Below are positions 1-12,839 of a stretch of 64,000 nt of DNA, piece after piece. This stretch comes from Antechinus flavipes. Lineage: Eukaryota. Made by a program: the position numbers and the translations under genes. How positions within the stretch are numbered: position 1 is the first letter of the stretch; the number at the start of each line of letters is the position of its first letter. The stretch spans positions 633,640,001-633,704,000 of the forward strand of contig NC_067398.1 in the NCBI RefSeq assembly GCF_016432865.1. Reading direction: 5' to 3'. A model generated the notes under the pieces. The model did no database searches. It saw only the letters and a program-made list of their open reading frames with translations, and was not told the origin of the DNA.

Positions 1-545
1 TAGAAGTTTATAATATTTCCATCATAAGTCCTTTGGAATTGTTTTGGATTATATTGCTGAGAACAGCTGTCATTCACATTGATCATTGTATATTGTTTAT
101 TGTGTAGAATGTTCTCCTGGTTCTGCTCACTTCACTTTGCATCAGTTTGCATAAGACTAGGATTTTTTGAAATCATCTTGCTCATTATTTTTTATAGGAC
201 AACATTTTTCTATTATAATCCAATACCACAATTGTTCAGCTATTTCCAATTGAAAATTAGAAACATCCTTAATTTCTAATTCTTTATCATCCCCCAAAAG
301 AGCTACTATAAATGGATTTTCTTTTCCTTAAAAAAAAATTTTTTTTAAGATACATATCTAATAGTGGTATTGCTGGATATGAAGTGTCAGAGCCCTTAGG
401 GTATAGTTTCAAGTTACTTTCCATATGCTAGGATCAGTTCATAACTGTATCAGCAGTGCATTAATGTTCAGTTTTTTCTTAATCTTCATTATAATTGACC
501 TCTTTTCAGTGCTTAATATTACTGTTTCTTGTTCCCAACAATGAG
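1..545 (-). mobile_element. Older L1 LINE fragment (ORF2 C-terminus / 3' UTR)
   Basis: The reverse complement resembles the marsupial L1 ORF2 end and 3' UTR (e.g. ...cagcaataccactattagatatgtatc..., ...aaacaattccaaaggacttatgatggaaa). Recognised by eye from family knowledge. Confidence 0.75.
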
Positions 546-549
546 ATGA

Positions 550-925
550 TTCGGACCCTTTCCAGTGATCTTGTGATGAAGAGAGACATCTACACCCAAT
601 GAGAGTACAGTGGGGACTGAGTGTGGTTCACAACATAGCATTCTCATTCTTTTTATTGTTCTTTGCTTGCATTTTGTTTTCTTTCTCATTGTCTTTCCTT
701 TTGATCTGATTTTTCTTGTGCAGCAATATAATTATATAAATACATATACATATGTTGGATTTAACATATATTTTAACATGTTTGACATATATTGGATTTC
801 TTGCCATCTAGGGGAGAGGGTAGGGGGAAGGAGGGGAAAATTGAAACAAAAGACTATATATGGATCAATGTTGAAAAATTATCCGTGCATATATTTTGAA
901 AATAAAAAGCTTAAAAAAGAAATTT
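550..925 (+). mobile_element. 5'-truncated dasyurid-type L1 3' end
   Basis: Typical 3' UTR: ...gccatctaggggagagggtagggggaaggagggg...caatgttgaaaaattatccgtgcatatattttgaaaataaaaagc, then an A-rich tail. The same motif recurs at 2.9, 21.4 and 63.6 kb. Confidence 0.85.
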
Positions 926-959
926 GCTAATCTATGGATATTAAATCCCCCAAAAAATA

Positions 960-1420
960 TTGCTGTCATTATCCTGGATAATTTCTCCTCCTTGAGTTTT
1001 CCTGACATTGTTCTCTTTTCGTTCTTCACTTATTATTTGATCAGCTCATCCTCAAACTTCTCTGCTGGATCATCATCCATCCTGCTATCTAACTGGTGAT
1101 ATGCTCCAGAGCTCTCTTCCAGATGAGGCTTCTCTTCTGCTCTTATACTCTTTTTCTTGGTGACCTCATCAGTTTCCATGGCTTCAATGACCGCATCTAC
1201 ACAATTTATTTCCATCTCTGCATTGTTGTTTTACTGAACATTAGTCACAGATCAACAACTGCTGCTTAGCATTCTCAATTAGATATTATTTAGGCATTTC
1301 AAATTTGACATGTTCAAAACAAAACTTGATATTTTTCCTTGTCACTCAAATCATTTGTTTTGTGAACTTCCTCTTTATGTCAAAGATACCACCACTTTTT
1401 ATTCAATAAAATTTGCAAAC
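960..1420 (+). mobile_element. L2 LINE ORF2 (RT region) remnant
   Basis: cttggtgacctcatcagtttccatggcttcaatg...ggcatttcaaatttgacatgttcaaaacaaaacttgatattttt resembles the L2 consensus around the RT region. Confidence 0.7.
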
Positions 1421-2325
1421 TCAGAAAGATTCATGTGTAACTTAAAATTTTAATTTTTCTTTGTTCATACTGTTCTATGATTTACAGTTATATGGCATCA
1501 CAAAGAAAATTTCTTTATTTGTAAAATTGGTATTTAAAAAAATAAACTTGCATCAGCTAAATCAGAAGGCTATTATAAAGATAAAACAAAATTATATGGG
1601 CAGGGTATTTACAAAATCTAAAGTGTTCCATCTACGTATGATAGTCTTATTAATACAAGATAATGTGCAACAGCACTTAAAACATCCATTTCATAAATGC
1701 ATGCTGCATCTGAACATTAAAGAAAATGGTTTTATTTTTAATACTTTTCCATGGATGAGTAAACAGAGCACAAAATGATGGAGAGAATGACATTTAAACT
1801 GAATTATTGGGTCAGCATAATAAAAATGGACAATTAGACCTGATTTTTTCTTATGATTCCAAGAAGTCAAATTAACTACATAATTTGGGACCAAATTGTA
1901 GCTTTGTTCCAAGATATGTGCTCACAACCCATGTACCCATCAATCAGTTACAAATTCATTCTCCCATTAATCAAGTTAGTGATGTATGGATTGATTCATA
2001 TATTAATAGATCAAGACACTATATTTGATGTTGCGGGAAATACAGACACAGATGAGACACATTTGAAAACTCTTTGAAGCTTACAATCTACTTGTTATTA
2101 GAAAACAAATAGATATAATACAAGGCAAGATTCCTGAGCAAATACAAATAATTTGAAGGGAAGGATTACTACTAGTTGAGGAATGAAGAAAGGCTTCATG
2201 ATGAAAATGATGTTTGAACTGAGCCCTGAAGTATAGGAAGGACTGTGACAAGCAGGGAATGAATGATTAGGGGTATTGATGAGTCTTAGAATCAAAAAAG
2301 TCATTGAAACTTTAATTTAATTTAT

Positions 2326-2450
2326 TAGGAGCATGATCTTAGGCAAGTCATTTAACTTCTTATTACCTTAACTTCCTAATTTGAAAAATGGAAGGTTTGA
2401 ATTTAATGATCGATGAGATATTTTAAAGTTCTGACATTTCTGATTCTATG
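2326..2450 (+). mobile_element. MIR-family SINE fragment
   Basis: gatcttaggcaagtcatttaacttc...aaaaatgg CORE-like segment with a MIR3-like tail (ttctgattctatga). Confidence 0.65.
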
Positions 2451-2842
2451 ACAAAATCCTTAATGCCTAATCCAGGTCAGAGAAAATGCTCAAAAAAGGC
2501 AGAAAAGTGGAAACAAACCAACAATATATCTCATTTTTACCAACCTGGTGATAATAGCCTTAGCACTAGAACTGACCTTAGAAAAGATTAGAAGGCTCAA
2601 GATTCTAAGGGAGGTCCCATGGTAAAGTTGAAATATGAGACAAGATATTGAAGACTCGACATCTAGACAAACACATTCTTTTTTCAGATTGAGGACACTG
2701 CAGTACAGAAAATTCAAATACTTTGACCAATGTTTAGTCTATTTTCCTCAGATTCCAAGAGATTAATGGAAGACAAGTAGAAATTTAGTTGGGAACAAGT
2801 TTATAAAAGGAATTGAAAATCAGGTTAAGAATTTCAGACTTT

Positions 2843-3011
2843 AACATTTAACATGTATTGGTCAACCTGCCATCTGGGGGAGGGATGGGAGAAAGGCAGG
2901 GGAAAGTTGGAACAAAAGGTTTTGCAACTGTCAATGCTGAAAAATTACCCATGCATATATCTTGTAAATTAAAAGCTATATGATAATAATAATAATGATA
3001 ATAATGAAAAA
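2843..3011 (+). mobile_element. Short 5'-truncated L1 3' end with (TAA)n tail and 16-bp TSD
   Basis: L1 3' UTR sequence flanked by the perfect direct repeat aagaatttcagacttt at 2827-2842 and 3012-3027. Confidence 0.9.
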
Positions 3012-4566
3012 AAGAATTTCAGACTTTGCTTGATAGGAGGAAAATTTTAAAGATTTTATATACTAGGGGTAATATGAGTAAGAAAGTAGAAGCACAGAAT
3101 TGTAGAAGTTTTTATAAAATTGGGTGTGATGGATATAAAGGATATAAAACAAGTTCAAATATGCTAAAATAATAATAACAATAACATTAACTCATGAATA
3201 AGCTAAAGTTTGAGAGTGGAATCAAACTATCTTTTGATGCTATCCATGTGAAATCAACAATATGTTGCTAAAGAAACATCAAATAAAGAACAAATGGTTG
3301 AATTATAAGCATTTGTTTATGGAAACAGAAGTATTTATGATAGCAAAGCAGAATTACCAGTTATCATAGAGAATTTTTTTCCTTAAGGAACTCATCTGTC
3401 TCAATCAATTCATAATTCTAAATATGGTAGGATTTCAATAACATATCATTTCAAATTTTAAGTTTTAGCACCTACTAAATTTCTAGCAAAATATTAACTG
3501 GTAACTAAAATTAAACAATATAGGCTGCCAAAATACGTATAAGCAATAGCAAAATGATGGTAATGATGTGATAATGATTATTATCTTAGCCTTTCAGTGC
3601 ATTCCTTTGGCTATATAAAAGAAAGGACACTCTTCTAAAAAAGGGCAGCTCCAGACACTTAGTAAAAATAAAAAGTGAAAAGCAAACAAAGTAAAAAATG
3701 ATTAATCATTGTACTTTCAGTATAAACCTTAATATATCCTGGAGAATTGGAGACGGGGAATCAGAGAATTAATTCAGAAAGAACTGTTGCCCACTATATT
3801 ACAAACATATGATTCTTCCATTAAAATTTACTACAACGATGGTTGTAGTAACTGTTGGCATACCAAATACTCAGACTCTCCAAGGCTTGTTGAATGAAAA
3901 ACTTTCAAAACAGAGATCTAGAATTATCATTCTATTAGTCAAAAAGCAAATAAATTACAATTTTATTTAAACTTTTCAGTAATAAAAAGGCATCCTTTCC
4001 ATCTATTTCTAAGATACAATTATACATCTTAATACATAAACCAAAAAGAGATAAAGCAGAGGGAGAAAACAAGAGACCAATATCTTTACTGAATATTATA
4101 TCAAATTTCATATATAATATTAGCAAGTAGGTTACAATGATATATTAGAAAGATTAGCAACAGAAGAATCCATATAAGACAAATTCACAAAAATCATCAA
4201 CATTTTTATTTCTAAAAATAAAAGCAAGAAGAGCTGAGAAGATAAATTATATTATAGATAACTGTTAAATGATTAGAACCACTTACCTCTTGACATGTTG
4301 TCAGCAACCATTTATTAAAGATTTAGTCTGTACCAACACTAAGCTAGATACTAGAGTTACAAGAATAGGAAATAATTAGCTAAATTTATAAATGAATGAA
4401 TAAACAGAAAAATAAATATATGAATAAACATTTCAGGAGCAAATGAATGTCAACAAATTAATATATTGGTATAAATAAATAAAAATTTAAGAGGTCATGA
4501 ACTTGAACTGAATTTTCAATTCATCTGCACATTATTTTGCAATTACATTTCTGTAATTAATTTGAA

Positions 4567-4704
4567 NNNNNNNNNNNNNNNNNNNNNNNNNNNNNNNNNN
4601 NNNNNNNNNNNNNNNNNNNNNNNNNNNNNNNNNNNNNNNNNNNNNNNNNNNNNNNNNNNNNNNNNNNNNNNNNNNNNNNNNNNNNNNNNNNNNNNNNNNN
4701 NNNN
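4567..4704. other. Assembly gap (138 N)
   Basis: Run of N. Confidence 1.
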
Positions 4705-5019
4705 TTGTCTTCAAATCATTGCAGATAATTTGCTACCATTTCATGGTAAATTGACTTAGTATAAAGGTAGCAGCATAAATACCCTGAAAATCTCATTAAA
4801 AAAGGGCAAGTTTAAACTAGTCTTTGGACTTACCTAGCAAAAATAATGGCATCAGTTTTAAGCTTCATTTTAAAAAATGATTTTCAGGGTGAGAATTCTC
4901 TAAAGAATAAATCTGCTTGAATAGCTAATGATGTTACCTTCTTTTTACAAACAGGCAGGTAAACAGGAATATGAAATATATTTTAAAACTACCCACCCAA
5001 AGTTCAATCAGTACTGTTG

Positions 5020-5245
5020 TAGGGGAGTCAATGTGGTTGAGGATAAAGTCAATTAGCTCTTTGTTCAGAAGGACAGGGTTTGAATCAAGATTTTTATGCT
5101 TACTACTTCTGAGATCTTGAACAAGTAACTTCACATCTGTCTGTCACAGTTTTTTTCAACAAAGTTGTCTGTTTTGAAGATCAAGTGAGATATTAGTAAA
5201 GTTCTTAGCACAGTGCTTGGAAGATAGTAGACATTATTATTCAAT
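5020..5245 (+). mobile_element. MIR-family SINE
   Basis: tRNA-like head remnant, CORE-like middle and L2-derived tail (cttagcacagtgcttggaagatagtagac...caataatg). Confidence 0.6.
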
Positions 5246-6244
5246 AATGCAATCTTAGAAAGTGAAATTTAGCAAGGCCTAAATAATCTCCCACAGAGAA
5301 GAGAAAAAAGCAATCCAAAAACCAAACAAAAACCTCAGGGATCAGAGAGATCCTTTTGTGTGATCCACAAATATTTAAATGATATTATCCCTACTGCTTA
5401 AACCATTTTTCAATAATGAAGAAAAGCCTTACTGTATCAAACTCATTCTATTAGAAAAAATGTTTATGCTATATAAAATACAGAAGGACAATGCAGTGAA
5501 AGAATTCTAGCTTAGTAACTATAATATATTTGGATATAAAAATACTAACTAAAGCACCAGCAAAAGACTCTAGCAATACATATGAAGGTTATAAGTATAA
5601 CAAATGTGTATTTATGGCAAGAAATCAATAATTTTTTTAACAGAATGGAGAAGTTACCCTAATGACAAAAAACTAAGAAGTTATAACCTTAGCAAATGAG
5701 GCAGAAAACAACAACAACAAAAAAACTGATTGAAATGAACTACTAATTTACTTTGCATGCACTAAAAATGAATGAAAATTTTTTTCTAATATAACAAAAC
5801 TCCATTTTTTTACCCCTTTTAAAGCACAGGTCTTTTCATTCTATCTTCTTCAAGAAGCTTTTTTGATTCTTCTTAATCTTAATGCCTTTCCTCTGTTTAT
5901 AGCCAATTTATTCTTTTTATGTTTTATTTGTACTTGTTTGCATATTATCTCCTCCATTAGACTGTGGGCAATTTAAGATAAAGACTTTTTTTTTTTTTTG
6001 GGGGGGGGGGGATGGTGCTCTTTTTGTATCCCATTTAGCAGAATAACTGACACATGGTAGATGTTTATTCAGAGCCGGACAAGTGACTGACTGACTCTTC
6101 CTAACTTTCCTATTTTGGCAAATTTTACTGTAAATCTTTCAGTCATTAAGGTTGTCAGTTTGAGTTATTTTCCAACTTTTATTCTCACTTGCCCTAACTT
6201 TAGTTAAACAAATGCTAAGTTTTGTTGTTCTTCAAAATCTCTCA

Positions 6245-6900
6245 CAATAATCCAAACATTCTGAAGAGCAATTTGGAACTAAATGCAAAGGGCTATAAAA
6301 CTATGCATACATACCCTTTGACTGAGCAGTGCCATTATGGGTCTTTGTCCCAAGGAAATCATAAAGGAGGGAAAAGGACCCACATGTGTAAAAAAAAAAA
6401 AAAATTAGCAGCTATTTTTGTGCTAGCAAAGAACTGGAAAATGAGTAGATGCCCATCAATTGGAGAATGCCTGAACAAGTTGTGGTAGAGGAAGGTAATG
6501 GAATATTGTTGTTCCATAAAAAAAGTGATGAACAAGTTGATTTTAGAAAGGCCTGGAAAGATTTACACAAACTTTTGCTGAGTGAAACAAACAGAACCAG
6601 GAATACATGGTATATGATAACATAAAGAATGAGCCACGATCAACTATGAAAGACTTGGTTCTTCCCAGTGGTTTGCTGGTCCAAAGCAATCCCAATTAAT
6701 TTAGGAAAAAAACATTATCTGCATCAAGAAAGAGAACTATGGAGACTGAATGCAAACCAAAACATTCTATGTTCACTTTTTTTTCTGTTTTTTTTTTCTA
6801 TCCTGTAATATTTTACCTTTTGTTCTGATTTTTCTCTCACAACATGATTCATAAAGAAATGTGTATTTTAAAAGTTAATATACATGTAGAACCATAAAAA
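6245..6900 (+). mobile_element. L1 ORF2 C-terminus and 3' UTR
   Basis: ORF 6222-6488 contains L1 ORF2 C-terminal motifs (AAIFVLAKNWKMSRCPSIGECLNKLW), followed by marsupial L1 3' UTR. Confidence 0.85.
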
Positions 6901-7199
6901 TCTTTCACAACCTTTTAAAAAATCTATTTATGTTCTACTTTAATTCAGAACCCTATAATCTCTAGCTTTCAGTGTTGGGATTGATTTTCTAATTTTTATT
7001 ATTTATTTAGTTTCTCCTCTCAGATGCATCCACCACAAAGTTGCCCAAATGATATTCCTAAAATACAAGTCTATGGTTTTGCTCTGTTCTTAAGAAGCTT
7101 CAAAAAAAAGAAGCTTCAATATGTTCCCCTTTCCACTTGACTATCAATAAAATGAGATCTTTTTCCTTCTCTATGGTATTTTATTTCTTGCCTTCATTA

Positions 7200-7560
7200 T
7201 CTTCAAATAAATGAAAAAACTTCACTTTGGCAAAGGAGAAACAAAAATATCTTTGTTTTTTAATGATATGATGTTTTCTTCAGGAAAACCTCAAAAAACA
7301 AACAAAAGAATAATTTCAGGTAAGTAATTTCAGCAAAGTAGCAGAATGAAAAACATAGGCAAATTTTTTCTATAATTATTAAGAAAAAAATCACAAAATT
7401 ATTTTAAAAAAAAATATTGCTTAACCTAAAAGTAGAAATTTCTCTTTGAAGACACACACATGCCTTATAGTATTATAATATCAATGAAAGTTTTATAGAA
7501 ATAAAAGAAGACCTAATTTCCAAAAGTGAAATGGGTTACCTCAATAGGTCAAGTTAGGTA
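7200..7560 (+). mobile_element. Ancient L1 RT remnant
   Basis: aaaatatctttgttttttaatgatatgatg...gaaaacc...aatttcagcaaagtagcag resembles L1 'KLSLFADDMIxYLENP...FSKVAG'. Confidence 0.6.
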
Positions 7561-8296
7561 CCTTCAAGATTACTAATAATCTTTTGAGAACTATTTATAT
7601 CTTTATAAATATTTAACTTTTGGGGAATATCTATTGGTCTTATATATTTTTGTTAATTACCTATAAATCTTCATTCAATAAATTATTATTTATTAAATGC
7701 CTATTATACACCAGGCACTGTGCTAGATGATGGGGTTAAATTTAAAAAAAATTAAATAATCCCTACTGAGATAAACTTAAATTTGCCATAGGGTTATAGC
7801 CACTGTTTGAGCACTGACTTTGTAGTTAGGAAGATCTGAGTTTAAATTTTACCTTAGACTAAAACTTAATAGCTGTGTGACTTGGTCCATGACTAAGTAT
7901 GTGTGTACTAAAAGGATTCTTACTTAAGTTGTTCTGGTTACTTTCCAATGCTGATATTTGATGATGTGTGCAAAATAATTGGCTGCATATACAATACTTA
8001 TGACTAGATTAATGGTAAAAAAAATGATTATAGTATGGGATTTTATTTGTAGATTTAATTAAATCAATCAGTTATACTACTGAAATGCTTTATAGATGAC
8101 ACTAAATTATGAGAAAAAATAATGCAGAAGGAGAAAAAAATCAAGAGTATCAAAAGAAATTAAAGGGAAAAAGTACACACGGAAAATGGCATTGTCAAGT
8201 ATGAGTATCATCAGGTACCATAAAATTATACTCATCAAAACTATCTTGTGTTAAATGAAAATGAGAGAAGTAGACAAGTGGAATAGATGAAATTAT

Positions 8297-8299
<3 letters not shown>

Positions 8300-8332
<33 letters not shown>
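8300..8332. repeat. (CA)n microsatellite
   Basis: Direct read. Confidence 0.95.
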
Positions 8333-8336
<4 letters not shown>

Positions 8337-8499
8337 GGCAATACATATTGCCTCTTCTTTGATTACTTCAAAAACAAGTATTACTGGAGAAGAAATTTGT
8401 GATTCAATGAATGTGGGGGGAAGGATAGTAATGTGACATGGTAATGATAATGATGAAATGATGATGATGGTAGACATTAGTTCTATCACACCATGGTAC

Positions 8500-9135
8500 A
8501 TTCATTCTTCCCATGCAGTCTTCTTACCCTAGAACATTTCTCTACCATGCCAGGTTCCCTTCCCAGACTGTTGAATTTCTCCTAGGGCCAACATTTTGAG
8601 CAGTCCAGACAAGCTTACCTTCATTCTTATCTTGCTTCTGATTATTACATTACAGGCTTCAATGTCATACTTCTAGCTGCTACTTTCTCCCCTTTCTCCT
8701 AAAAGAAAGCATCTTTTCATTTTCTTTAATGTATTATATTTCCCATTAGAATATATGCTCCTTGAGGGCAGATGTTTTTTCTTATATGTTTTTCTTCAGA
8801 AATTAGTATAACATCTGTCACAGAGTGATTACTAAATTCTTGTTGTTTTGCTGGCTGAGTGATCTTGGTGATTTAAGTTTCTGAATCTCAATTTATCCAT
8901 CTGGAACAGGGGAATAAAATTTCAAAAGGCTGTTGAGGACTTCACATGAGATATGTTTCATTTTTCATCAGCTGTTCAGTTTGGTTTTCACCCCACCCCC
9001 CAAATGTAATGTCTTCCTGTATTAGACTGTGAGTTCCCTGAGTGTAGGAACTATCTTAGAATTTTATCCCTAGAACTTAGCATAGTGCCTGGTACATAGT
9101 AGGCTCTTAATAAATGTTTATTGAATTGAATTGAT
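8500..9135 (+). mobile_element. Cluster of L2 3' ends with an intervening MIR fragment
   Basis: ttagaatatatgctccttgagggcag and cttagcatagtgcctggtacatagtaggctcttaataaatgtttattgaattgaattg are L2 3' terminal motifs. Confidence 0.7.
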
Positions 9136-9759
9136 TTAAACTCTATAAAGCACTCTGAGAACTTTAAAGTGGTACATAAATATTCGAGTTTATTTTTATG
9201 TAGATAAGATTTATGCTTTTAAGAGGGGTTAAATTGTATGCTCTCTGATGCTTTTTCCAAGTTCACCATTGTATCATACTTCTTTATATTTTCATCTATT
9301 CAGACTGAAGTGATCAGTTTTGTAGAAAATTATCATGCCTACCTGGTGATCTCCATTATTTTAAATGCACTTTTCTCTGTGTTCACACTTACTGATACTT
9401 GTTTATCACTTCTAGTACAAATGAGGTACAGATTCCTGGAAATTTACCCCAGGTTATGAACTTGCTCTCTAGCTGACACTTTTTGTCCAGTTTGTTAGAT
9501 TCTAAGGCACATTTATCTTTTCTTACAGTTTTGGAAGAGAATGCTCGACATGTCAAGGTACATATATAAGAGTAAATCTAATCATAATTTGAAACTAACC
9601 AAATTCCCAACATATTTTGGAAGAGTGATATGAGAAATTGCTTAAACTTCTGAAGAACAAAATGCACATGAAGGATTTAATGTGAGTAACCCTTCTTTTA
9701 CTGAATAGATACCAAATTCATGCCCAGATTTTTTCTCAGGAAAATATTATTTTATAGAA

Positions 9760-9970
9760 ATTTAAAGTTGGACCAGATCTTCAAAGTCAACTATTCCATC
9801 CTCTAACCTAAGTATTATTCCACTTCACATAACCAATAAGTGATTATCCAGCGTAGTGGAAGATAATTCACAAACTCATCAGGCTGTATTTCCCATGATA
9901 ATTATTGAGAGACGTTATCCTTTAGTTGAGCCAACATTAATTTTCCTATAACTTCTATCAATTTCTCTCA
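9760..9970 (-). mobile_element. CR1/L3 LINE 3' fragment
   Basis: Resembles the reverse complement of the L3/CR1 3' region seen at 10510-10800. Confidence 0.5.
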
Positions 9971-10509
9971 TAGGGAGCTAAGAAAAAAATTCACATGGCA
10001 GATCATATGTGAATTTTAAAACCCAATCTACTCTCAGGGGGTAAAAAATCTATTTTCGGGCACAGATTCACAGAAATTAAATTTTATAGGTAAGAGATAT
10101 CTTAGAGATTGGGGGAAAGAACGAAGAGAAAAAAAAAAAAACATGAGCCAAAGAATGAGAAAAAATTAAATCACTGAGGAGATATGTACAAAAGATTTTA
10201 TGACAAGTAAAGGTGGCTAACTCTTCAGTTTATTGATAAACTGGATGCTGATTTTAATGATCTCCAAAGATCTGTTAAGGCTTCGATAGAAATGGGTCAA
10301 ATAATTTTATATGTTTTATATGAATTTTATATGAAATTAATTTCACTTCAGTTTACTTCCAGGCAGAATTGTTACAGAATCATAAAGTTATTGAACAGTA
10401 TCATTTTAAGGCATATTGGTAAATCAGAATATGCCCAAAGAAGAGATTTGTTATAATAATGAGATGACTAAAGACAATGAATAACAAGGATAAATTTAAT
10501 TGATATTAT

Positions 10510-10800
10510 ATTATTATTAGCCCAGAGGCAATTTAAGATGACCATGATGGTTATTTTCACATACTTGAAAAGGTGCTCCTGTCAAAGAGTGATGAAACAC
10601 TTTCTATTTGTTCCAACATAGAGAACAGTTTCAAAAAAATTTATAGAAGTTACAGGATAAAATATTTCAATTCAAATAATAAAGTGGTGAAGAGGTTAAC
10701 ATGTAGAGCTATCTACAAATAGAATGCTCTGACTCATGAGATAATTAGTTCCTCATCACTGGAAATCTTCACAAGCAGAAACCGGATGACTGCCTAACCA
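10510..10800 (+). mobile_element. CR1/L3 LINE 3' fragment
   Basis: ...gagctatctacaaatagaatgctctgactcatgagataattagttcctcatcactggaaatcttcacaagcag...ggatgactgcc resembles the L3 3' consensus. Confidence 0.65.
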
Positions 10801-11549
10801 AAAACAAACAAAAACAAGTAAATAAAAAAGCTCTGTAAAAAGGGATTCAGTGTTTTAAAAGAAGTTATCCTTCCTGACCTGTGAATTCCCTTGCAATAAT
10901 TAGTTTTTTTGGCATTGTAGTTATTTTAATCCAGTGTGATCATTTTATAGATGAGGAAATTGGAGGCTGGGAAACAAATAAATTTTCCAAGGTCAATAAA
11001 TGGATGAACAAGGACTAAAAATGAGTCTCCTGGTTCCTGATCTACACTGTGTCCATTTTTTCATAAAGGTCACTGTGGAATCATGAAGAGGAAGGAAATG
11101 AGGATGACTACTATGTGACCAGCATAGCAGAATCAATGGACTTCTTCAAGTCTCACCAACCAATGGACTTCTCAGAATTAATGTAGCATAATAAATAACT
11201 GAGACCAGTACATATCATTTACTAGTGGATCTTTTTCCATGACGATAGTTCCTTCAATATGTGAGAAACTCAGATGTCAGCCTTATCTAAAAGGGATGCT
11301 ACCATTAATCTAAATCAGAAATCAAGACAATGTCCAGCAGAGCAAAGTTCAAATTGATTCAGCCTCTAGATGGAGAAATCCAGGTTGCTGGGATTGCTGT
11401 ATGGTTTGTTGTATGAGCCAGGTTCAGTAGGTATACAGCTTTTCACTTATACCCATCCTCATTTGGAAAATAAAATTATACTTAAACATTCTAAAAAATC
11501 TCAAACTTGATATGGAAAGCACAATGATTCACTCAATAATCATAGAGAC

Positions 11550-11720
11550 AGCTTGACATAGTGGGGAAAGAGCCATTCTTAAAATCAGGAAGATTCAGCC
11601 TCAAGTCCTATCTCTGAAATATATTGCTGTATGATGCTAGGCTAGTCACTTAACCTCTCTACAATCTAACCAACTCTTTAATTTAAATTGCAATGAAATA
11701 TCTAATAAGCACTGATAGCA
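11550..11720 (+). mobile_element. MIR-family SINE
   Basis: aaatcaggaagattcagcctcaagtcc...gctgtatgatgctaggctagtcacttaacctctct CORE motif. Confidence 0.65.
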
Positions 11721-12439
11721 TTTCTGTTAAGAAATTAAGAATCCCTTCTATCAATTAAATCATAGATCTGGTTCATAGGGTATCTATAATTCTGACCCTT
11801 TTTAATTTCATATTTCTTAGAGAATGACAATTTTTAAAAATTATTGGGAAAAATCAACATCTATCTATCTAATATGTAAAGAAGTGAGTTTTAAAACAAA
11901 CAGTGCAGTATTATGGGACCAAGGATGTTATCTTTAGTCCTGAATTGAAAAGTGAGGAATAGGGTATTAAGAGGACCACAGGAATACTGATAAACTCACG
12001 AGTAACATCAAAGTTGTAATTTAGTTACAAAGAAACCAAAGTAATGCAAATTTTTAATCTATTTCTTTAAGTGACACTGTGCCTTAGCAACAGAAAGAAA
12101 AAAACAAACAAACTATTAATCAAGGGTTGGATCTAATAGTATTGAGAACAAAGGCAGTTACTCGATTAAATACAGAATCATATCTGAAAAAAGAAATGTT
12201 TTATTTTTTCAGGAAATTGACTAGGCTCCATAGACACCCACTAGTAAACATTTTTGATATGCGTCCCTCTGGCACTGTCAAGGCATGGGTGATATTTTTA
12301 AATCTCATAATTATAGAACTAATGGTACTGTTTTTGCTGGAATACAAAGGTCATAATCCTATCAAGGCTAAAGAATTTGACTCTGACATCTTGAAGTTTC
12401 TTTTACATTTATCAATGACAGTCATTCTTAAAGTAATAA

Positions 12440-12690
12440 AAAGCGGGGCTTAAAAGACAACTTTGAGGTAATCTAGTTTAATTTCCTCTGACCCCTATAA
12501 TCCTTCCCTATGGAATCTATTACAAGTGTCCACAAGTGCCTGAATATTTTCAGTAACTGGATACATAACATCAATTGGACATTACCCATTCCACTAATAG
12601 ATGATTCTGATAGTTACAAAGTTCTTCTTTCTATTGAATTGCATTTGCCTCCATTTATATTCCAGCCACTGCTCCTATTTCTGCCCTCTG
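12440..12690 (-). mobile_element. CR1/L3 LINE 3' fragment
   Basis: Reverse-orientation L3-like sequence (...ttctattgaattgcatttgcctccatttatattccagccactgctcctatttctgccctctgg). Confidence 0.55.
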
Positions 12691-12839
12691 GGAAAATGGA
12701 GAATTACCCCTAGTCTCTTTGCTGTCAATTCAACAAATATTTCTTGAACATTTAATGTGAATGTTAATATGGGTGAGAACTTGAAGAAGTAGAAGACACA
12801 GCACTTCTTCCAAATATGGATTCTATTGGATCCTACTTT

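Larger units (their letters stand above)
3300..5760 (+). mobile_element. Highly degraded ancient L1 ORF2 remnants (fragmented, interrupted by a gap and a MIR)
   Basis: A-rich plus strand with patches resembling L1 EN/RT coding sequence (e.g. ggatataaaaatactaactaaagcaccagcaaaagactctagcaatac, like 'DIKILxKxxAxRLQQ'). No intact ORF. Confidence 0.5.

Noticed and set aside
1-925. Head-to-head L1 pieces as a twin-primed (5'-inverted) insertion
   Set aside because: The two pieces overlap in L1 coordinates and differ in apparent age, so they are independent insertions.
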